Part shown: piece after piece, positions 58,851 through 64,000 of the stretch
How the letters are laid out: each line of letters begins with the position of its first letter
Position numbering within the stretch: the stretch's first letter is position 1
Assembly: GCA_964489015.1 (NCBI GenBank)
Contig: CAZAXD010000005.1
Span: 13,521-77,520, forward strand
Reading direction: 5' to 3'
Length of the DNA stretch: 64,000 nucleotides
Source: an uncultured Sphingobacterium sp.
GTDB lineage: Bacteria > Bacteroidota > Bacteroidia > SpSt-205
Position numbers and translations under genes: made by a program
Notes under the pieces: generated by a model
What the model was told of the DNA's origin: nothing
Database searches by the model: none
Seen by the model: the letters and a program-made list of their open reading frames with translations, nothing else

Positions 58851-59361
58851 AGGTCGTGAGAGCTTCTAAGGCTTTTTGGACAGACCAGCCGCGCTCACCA
58901 GCATAGTTAGAGATCAGCCTTAGGCTATATAAAGGGATCTGGTGAAGCAGCGCAAACCGAAAATAGGCAGCGTTTTCCTGGGTCTCGATAGCGGCCCTGG
59001 GATAGGATCGCCTCCAAAAACGCGCTTCTCGGCGGGTTGCGCTGACGCTTTGCAAGGTGAGCCCCTCTACGAGAGGTAAGCCTACGGAAGGGCCCGTCTG
59101 CCTGAGTTCCAGCGGAAAGCCCTCAAATAAGCTAGGAGGGAGGGGGGCTGCATGGCGAACGGCTCGTCGCACGAGGTCCCCCCACCGCTCGGCCTGTACT
59201 TGTACCGCGGTATACGGAAGAAGGCCCCGATGATAAGAACCAGCCAAGCCCACTGCGATAAGGACCTTAGGCGTCTCGTTACTACCCTGCCATAACTGCC
59301 AGAGCGTCTCCGTAGTGCGAACCGCCCCTACGCCCGTTTGTAAGACCTTCACACTGGGCAT
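58798..59361 (-). CDS. MTA/SAH-nucleosidase-family hydrolase (futalosine hydrolase MqnB-like)
   Basis: It aligns with E. coli MtnN blocks: TGVGAV, AVGLAGS, ETQENAAYFRFA, LRLISNYAG. The start is set at MPSVKVLQ (about 59361). The short length is typical of MqnB. Confidence 0.5.
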   Translation of the reverse strand: MPSVKVLQTGVGAVRTTETLWQLWQGSNETPKVLIAVGLAGSYHRGLLPYTAVQVQAERWGDLVRRAVRHAAPLPPSLFEGFPLELRQTGPSVGLPLVEGLTLQSVSATRREARFWRRSYPRAAIETQENAAYFRFALLHQIPLYSLRLISNYAGERGWSVQKALEALTTFAAHVVDPLYQRLLAKS

Positions 59362-59429
59362 AGCAGTCTGTATCGCCTGCGCTTCCCAGCGGCTAGGACT
59401 ACACAGCCAAATACACAAGGCGTCGTAAC

Positions 59430-60686
59430 TTAAGAAAGCTCCAAGCCAACGACGAGGATGTCGTCGGTTTGTACATGATCGGCTTGCCACGAAGCGATCG
59501 TAGCCGCAAGCGTCTCCTTTTGGCTACTAATAGGTAAATTTTGAAGGTCTCGTAAGTACTCCAGCCAAGCGCGGGAGCCCCAACGCTTCCCCTGGGAACC
59601 GCCCCGCTGGTCATAAACGCCGTCCGTATAGAAGTACAAGCGGTCCCCGGGGGCAAGCTCGATCGTGATCTCCTGGGCGGCGTGTCCGACGAGCTCCCCA
59701 AAGCTAAAGGGATGGGGATCGAGGCGGGTAACTACACCGCCTCGGACCCAAGCAGCTTTCCCCTTGAGCGCCACGTAATGAAGCTTACGGCGATTGAGGT
59801 CGATAAGGGCGATGGTACCATCTACCGTGAGAGAATGGGGAAGCTTCTGTCGGAAAAGAAGACCCAGCCGGCTGTCTAGCTCTTCGGCCAGCATTTCAGG
59901 ACTCCATAGGCCTTTATCTTGGACCAAATGCTGAAGCTCTTGGATAAATAATGTACTCACAAACGCTCCGCTCACACCATGACCGATACTGTCCCCCACA
60001 AATACAATCAAACGGCCTTTCTCCTCGTGCATCCACACAAAATCCCCGCTTACCATCTGAAGCGGTTTATATAGCACAAAGTAGGGTACACTGTACGGTG
60101 TAGCAGACCCTTCTAATAGGGGCGGCATGAGCATCGTTTGCAGCTGACCAGCGAAGTGGAGATTTTGTCTGATTTCTTCGGACAGGAGCGCGCTTTCTTG
60201 GCGTAGCTGCGCTTCGAGGTCTTTTTGGCGGGTGATGTCCACCCGCATGGAGATGTATCGGTAAGGGTAACCCTCACTGTCTAACAGGGGGCCGACTGTG
60301 GCCAACACCCAGTAGTGGGAGCCATCCTTGCGGCGGTTTTTGACCTCACCCTGCCAGATCTTGCCGGCCTTGATAGTGTCCCAGAGCTCCTTGAAGACAC
60401 TCTTGGGCATATCGGGGTGGCGTATGATATTATGGGGCTTTCCAATCAACTCATCCATCGTATAGCCCGAGACCTCGCAGAACTTTTTATTGGCGTAGGT
60501 GATAATACCCCGTGTGTCGGTTTCAGTGACTAAGGCAAATTGGTTAACAAGCGCTGTGCGGTCACGAAGCTCACGCTGATAGGCCGCCATCTGCTCAGAG
60601 ATCTGGGCGTAGGAACTCTCATACTGGGAGAGGTGGGAAGAAAGTTCTTGAACGAGCTTGACAATGTCACTGGATAGAATACTCAT
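59430..60686 (-). CDS. PAS-domain PP2C/SpoIIE-type serine phosphatase (tandem copy A)
   Basis: An N-terminal coiled coil and a PAS fold are present (GIITYANKKFCEVSGYTMDELIGKPHNIIRHPDM...DGSHYWV). The C-terminal PP2C has the motifs DFVWMH...FVGDSIGHGVSGAF and, at the end, DDILVVGLE. Confidence 0.75.
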   Translation of the reverse strand: MSILSSDIVKLVQELSSHLSQYESSYAQISEQMAAYQRELRDRTALVNQFALVTETDTRGIITYANKKFCEVSGYTMDELIGKPHNIIRHPDMPKSVFKELWDTIKAGKIWQGEVKNRRKDGSHYWVLATVGPLLDSEGYPYRYISMRVDITRQKDLEAQLRQESALLSEEIRQNLHFAGQLQTMLMPPLLEGSATPYSVPYFVLYKPLQMVSGDFVWMHEEKGRLIVFVGDSIGHGVSGAFVSTLFIQELQHLVQDKGLWSPEMLAEELDSRLGLLFRQKLPHSLTVDGTIALIDLNRRKLHYVALKGKAAWVRGGVVTRLDPHPFSFGELVGHAAQEITIELAPGDRLYFYTDGVYDQRGGSQGKRWGSRAWLEYLRDLQNLPISSQKETLAATIASWQADHVQTDDILVVGLELS

Positions 60687-62386
60687 AACGCGGGCTGATC
60701 AGGGCACCAGACAAATTTAGGAATAATTTAGGAATAATTGCTAGCATACTTTGGGGAGACCCTGAAGCTTGGGCGGCCTATCCTAAACCAGCCACAGCGC
60801 ACACCCGCCCTTAGACCACCTCAAGCCCTACCACCAAGATATCATCGGTTTGGGGGTGGTCCTTTTGCCAAGCGCTAATGGCTTCTTCGATGCTTTCACG
60901 CTGCCCTAGAAAGGGAACGCTTTGAATGTCTTTGAGAAACTCCATCCAGGAGCGGGACCCCCATCGTCTATCTCGGGGCCCTCCTTTCTGATCATAAACG
61001 CCGTCCGTATAGAAGTACAAGCGGTCCCCGGGGGCAAGCTCGATCGTGATCTCCTGGGCGGCGTGTCCGACGAGCTCCCCAAAGCTAAAGGGATGGGGAT
61101 CGAGGCGGGTAACTACACCGCCTCGGACCCAAGCAGCTTTCCCCTTGAGCGCCACGTAATGAAGCTTACGGCGATTGAGGTCGATAAGGGCGATGGTACC
61201 ATCTACCGTGAGAGAATGGGGAAGCTTCTGTCGGAAAAGAAGACCCAGCCGGCTGTCTAGCTCTTCGGCCAGCATTTCAGGACTCCATAGGCCTTTATCT
61301 TGGACCAAATGCTGAAGCTCTTGGATAAATAATGTACTCACAAACGCTCCGCTCACACCATGACCGATACTGTCCCCCACAAATACAATCAAACGGCCTT
61401 TCTCCTCGTGCATCCACACAAAATCCCCGCTTACCATCTGAAGCGGTTTATATAGCACAAAGTAGGGTACACTGTACGGTGTAGCAGACCCTTCTAATAG
61501 GGGCGGCATGAGCATCGTTTGCAGCTGACCAGCGAAGTGGAGATTTTGTCTGATTTCTTCGGACAGGAGCGCGCTTTCTTGGCGTAGCTGCGCTTCGAGG
61601 TCTTTTTGGCGGGTGATGTCCACCCGCATGGAGATGTATCGGTAAGGGTAACCCTCACTGTCTAACAGGGGGCCGACTGTGGCCAACACCCAGTAGTGGG
61701 AGCCATCCTTGCGGCGGTTTTTGACCTCACCCTGCCAGATCTTGCCGGCCTTGATAGTGTCCCAGAGCTCCTTGAAGACACTCTTGGGCATATCGGGGTG
61801 GCGTATGATATTATGGGGCTTTCCAATCAACTCATCCATCGTATAGCCCGAGACCTCGCAGAACTTTTTATTGGCGTAGGTGATAATACCCCGTGTGTCG
61901 GTTTCAGTGACTAAGGCAAATTGGTTAACAAGCGCTGTGCGGTCACGAAGCTCACGCTGATAGGCCGCCATCTGCTCAGAGATCTGGGCGTAGGAACTCT
62001 CATACTGGGAGAGGTGGGAAGAAAGTTCTTGAACGAGCTTGACAATGTCACTGGATAGAATACTCATAACGCGGGCTGATCAGGGCACCAGACAAATTTA
62101 GGAATAATTTAGGAATAATTGCTAGCATACTTTGGGGAGACCCTGAAGCTTGGGCGGCCTATCCTAAACCAGCCACAGCGCACACCCGCCCTTAGACCAC
62201 CTCAAGCCCTACCACCAAGATATCATCGGTTTGGGGGTGGTCCTTTTGCCAAGCGCTAATGGCTTCTTCGATGCTTTCACGCTGCCCTAGAAAGGGAACG
62301 CTTTGAATGTCTTTGAGAAACTCCATCCAGGAGCGGGACCCCCATCGTCTATCTCGGGGCCCTCCTTTCTGATCATAAACGCCGTC
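59608..62386. repeat. Perfect direct tandem duplication, 2 x 1381 bp
   Basis: Lines 59581-60989 are identical, as far as can be read, to lines 60962-62370 at an offset of exactly 1381 bp. This includes the 124-bp intergenic spacer with its internal aatttaggaataa x2 mini-repeat. The repeat ends fall inside the phosphatase ORFs. Confidence 0.85.
60811..62067 (-). CDS. PAS-domain PP2C/SpoIIE-type serine phosphatase (tandem copy B, chimeric)
   Basis: Residues 1 to about 371 are identical to copy A. The last about 47 residues are identical to the C-terminus of copy C. Confidence 0.75.
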   Translation of the reverse strand: MSILSSDIVKLVQELSSHLSQYESSYAQISEQMAAYQRELRDRTALVNQFALVTETDTRGIITYANKKFCEVSGYTMDELIGKPHNIIRHPDMPKSVFKELWDTIKAGKIWQGEVKNRRKDGSHYWVLATVGPLLDSEGYPYRYISMRVDITRQKDLEAQLRQESALLSEEIRQNLHFAGQLQTMLMPPLLEGSATPYSVPYFVLYKPLQMVSGDFVWMHEEKGRLIVFVGDSIGHGVSGAFVSTLFIQELQHLVQDKGLWSPEMLAEELDSRLGLLFRQKLPHSLTVDGTIALIDLNRRKLHYVALKGKAAWVRGGVVTRLDPHPFSFGELVGHAAQEITIELAPGDRLYFYTDGVYDQKGGPRDRRWGSRSWMEFLKDIQSVPFLGQRESIEEAISAWQKDHPQTDDILVVGLEVV

Positions 62387-63405
62387 TGTATAGAGATAGA
62401 GTCGGTCTTTAGGGGCCAATTCTATGATAGTTTCTTTGATGGGTCTATTTTGCAGTTCGCCAAAGCTGAAGGGATAGGACTCGAGACGAGTGATAACGCC
62501 ATTGCCACAATGAGCGGCCTTGCCTTTTAGGGCGACGTAGTGGAGCTTACGGCGGCTCAGGTCGAGCATGGCAATCGTGCCATCCACAGTAACGGACTGC
62601 GACAGTTTTTGACGGAATAGCTGCCCTAGTCGCCTATCGAGCTCCTTGCTAGCAGTTCGGGGCTCCAGAGCCCTCGGTCGATGACAAAGCATCGCAACTC
62701 TCGTATGAACAAAGCGCTTACGAAAGCCCCGCTGACGCCATGACCGATGCTATCTCCTACGAAGAGCACGATGCGGCCTTTGTCCTGGTGAGCCCAGGCA
62801 AAGTCCCCACTAACCCAACGGAGCGCTTTATGCAAGACAAAGTAGGGTAAGTCGATAAAATGACGCTCTGCCAGGAGGGGAGGCATGAGGGCTTTCTGCA
62901 GGTGGGCAGCGAAAGCCAGATTTTGCAAGATTTCCTCAGCTAGCTCTTTTTGGTGGGTGATATCGACTCGTACGGATACATACCATTGAGGATGCCCCTC
63001 TGCATCTAAGACAGGTCCAACGGTGGCTAAGACCCAATAAGAAGAGCCGTCTTTACGTCGATTTTTGATTTCTCCTTGCCAGATTTGGCCTGCTTTGAGG
63101 GTTTCCCAGAAGTTTTTGAAGACTTCTTTGGGCATGTCGGGTTGTCGTACGATATTGTGGGGTTTGCCGAGGAGTTCTTCTAACGTATAGCCGGAGACCT
63201 CGCAAAATTTGGGATTGGCATACTGGATCACGCCGCGGGTGTCGGTTTCGCTAATGAGGGCAAAGCGATCTAGAATAGCGAGGCGGTCGCGTAGCTCCTG
63301 CTGGGACGATCGTAGCTTTTTGGAAAAATCGTCCATCACCTCCTGCATCATACGCAGGGGATCCTGGGTAGCATCGTAAACGGTCATGGACAGAAACTTT
63401 TTCAA
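62192..63405 (-). pseudogene. PAS-PP2C phosphatase paralog (tandem copy C), frameshifted
   Basis: The N-terminal ORF (63405-62626) has a divergent PAS and PP2C start. The C-terminal ORF (62692-62192) is in another frame, and they overlap. The break is right after GLWSPELLA. This is either a true frameshift or a sequencing error. Confidence 0.5.
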
Positions 63406-64000
63406 AATGAATTAGACACAATAACCATGTCAGAGTGACGAAGGGGCCGGACAAGCATGGAAGCGAAGCTCGCGTACTAATTATTTTTGCTTTATGCCCT
63501 TCGAAACCCTAGCCCAGTGTCAAGATTTCAATGCAATTTGTAATGAAAAAACACACACCCCTTGCTGCTACTGCGGCGCACAATTGGGGGGTGTGCGCTT
63601 ACTGACTGTATGAGATAAAATACAAGATGGGTTTTGGGAAGGTTGCTTGAAGGGGTGGTAAACGGAACTTTGGTTCGGAGGCATAAGAAAACGTTCCCTA
63701 AGAGAGGGCCAAATCTGTCACTATAGGACTAGCGACGAGATTCGTAAACAGCCTTGCCTATTTGGTAAAATAGCCTAATTCCAACTAGGTCACAAGTGGA
63801 CCCTTTAGCATGTAATAAGTAAATGCAAAGCACTACGTGAAAAAACAGCTTAGCAGATCGAAGCCTGATGCCGTTCTAAGGCCAGGTGCCGTATTTGCGC
63901 AGGGGGGCCGAGTTCGCTTCTTGTGTCTTAAACGGCTTGGAGGCGGTGTTTTTGCTGGAGGTAAGCCTGGAGAATATCGTGATAGCTAGAGTGGCGGGCG

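Noticed and set aside
1-64000. CRISPR arrays, rRNA, tRNA or tmRNA genes
   Set aside because: No short direct repeats with regular spacers and no tRNA-like T-arm/acceptor signatures (for example near the recombinase, where an att-tRNA might be expected) were found by eye. A cmscan/tRNAscan run would be needed to be sure.
63406-64000. AT-rich non-coding tail containing a hairpin (gcgcaca-N9-tgtgcgc), considered as a possible ncRNA or riboswitch
   Set aside because: No resemblance to RNase P, tmRNA, SRP or common riboswitch cores could be recognised. It is most likely the promoter and leader of the flanking genes, and the window ends before context is available.

Overview
This is a 64 kb stretch of a moderately high-GC (about 57-58 % by eye) bacterial chromosome. 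The gene content looks like the FCB group (Bacteroidota, Rhodothermota or similar). Supporting signs: two TonB-dependent receptors with CarbopepD_reg-type N-termini; at least four proteins with type IX secretion (T9SS) C-terminal sorting domains (CTDs); a PorV/PorQ-like outer-membrane protein; and many short signal peptides ending in ...LVWAQ.

Most of the window is housekeeping. Recognised genes, in order: ankyrin protein, nuoK-like, PlsC-family acyltransferase, gatC, murF, 1-pyrroline-5-carboxylate (P5C) dehydrogenase, recQ, a rhodanese / persulfide-dioxygenase (CstB-like) sulfur cluster, ung, lpxK, purine nucleoside phosphorylase, bioB, an M23 peptidase, ssb, tilS, ppk1, queE, thpR, recO, dxs, an NhaD-like permease, and an MTA-nucleosidase-family (MqnB-like) gene.

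Interspersed are accessory or unusual regions:
- Around 23.2-26.9 kb: a tyrosine recombinase, a bifunctional primase-polymerase (Prim-Pol) and an excisionase-like HTH protein, next to an array of inverted GTGTATC/GATACAC heptamers.
- 27.0-30.8 kb: a 1281-aa S8 subtilase secreted via the T9SS.
- 30.8-34.7 kb: a four-gene operon of secreted proteins centred on a WD40-caspase (C14) fusion.
- 8.2-9.45 kb: an SGNH-like/T9SS gene broken by two in-frame TGA codons.
- 46.9-50.9 kb: a tandem pair of TPR-PD40-OmpA genes, one intact and one heavily decayed.
- 59.6-62.4 kb: a perfect 1381-bp tandem duplication that yields three tandem PAS-PP2C (SpoIIE-type) phosphatase genes, the third frameshifted.

No CRISPR array, rRNA or tRNA was recognised. 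All calls rest on motif recognition in the supplied ORF translations and reading the DNA. No database search was possible.
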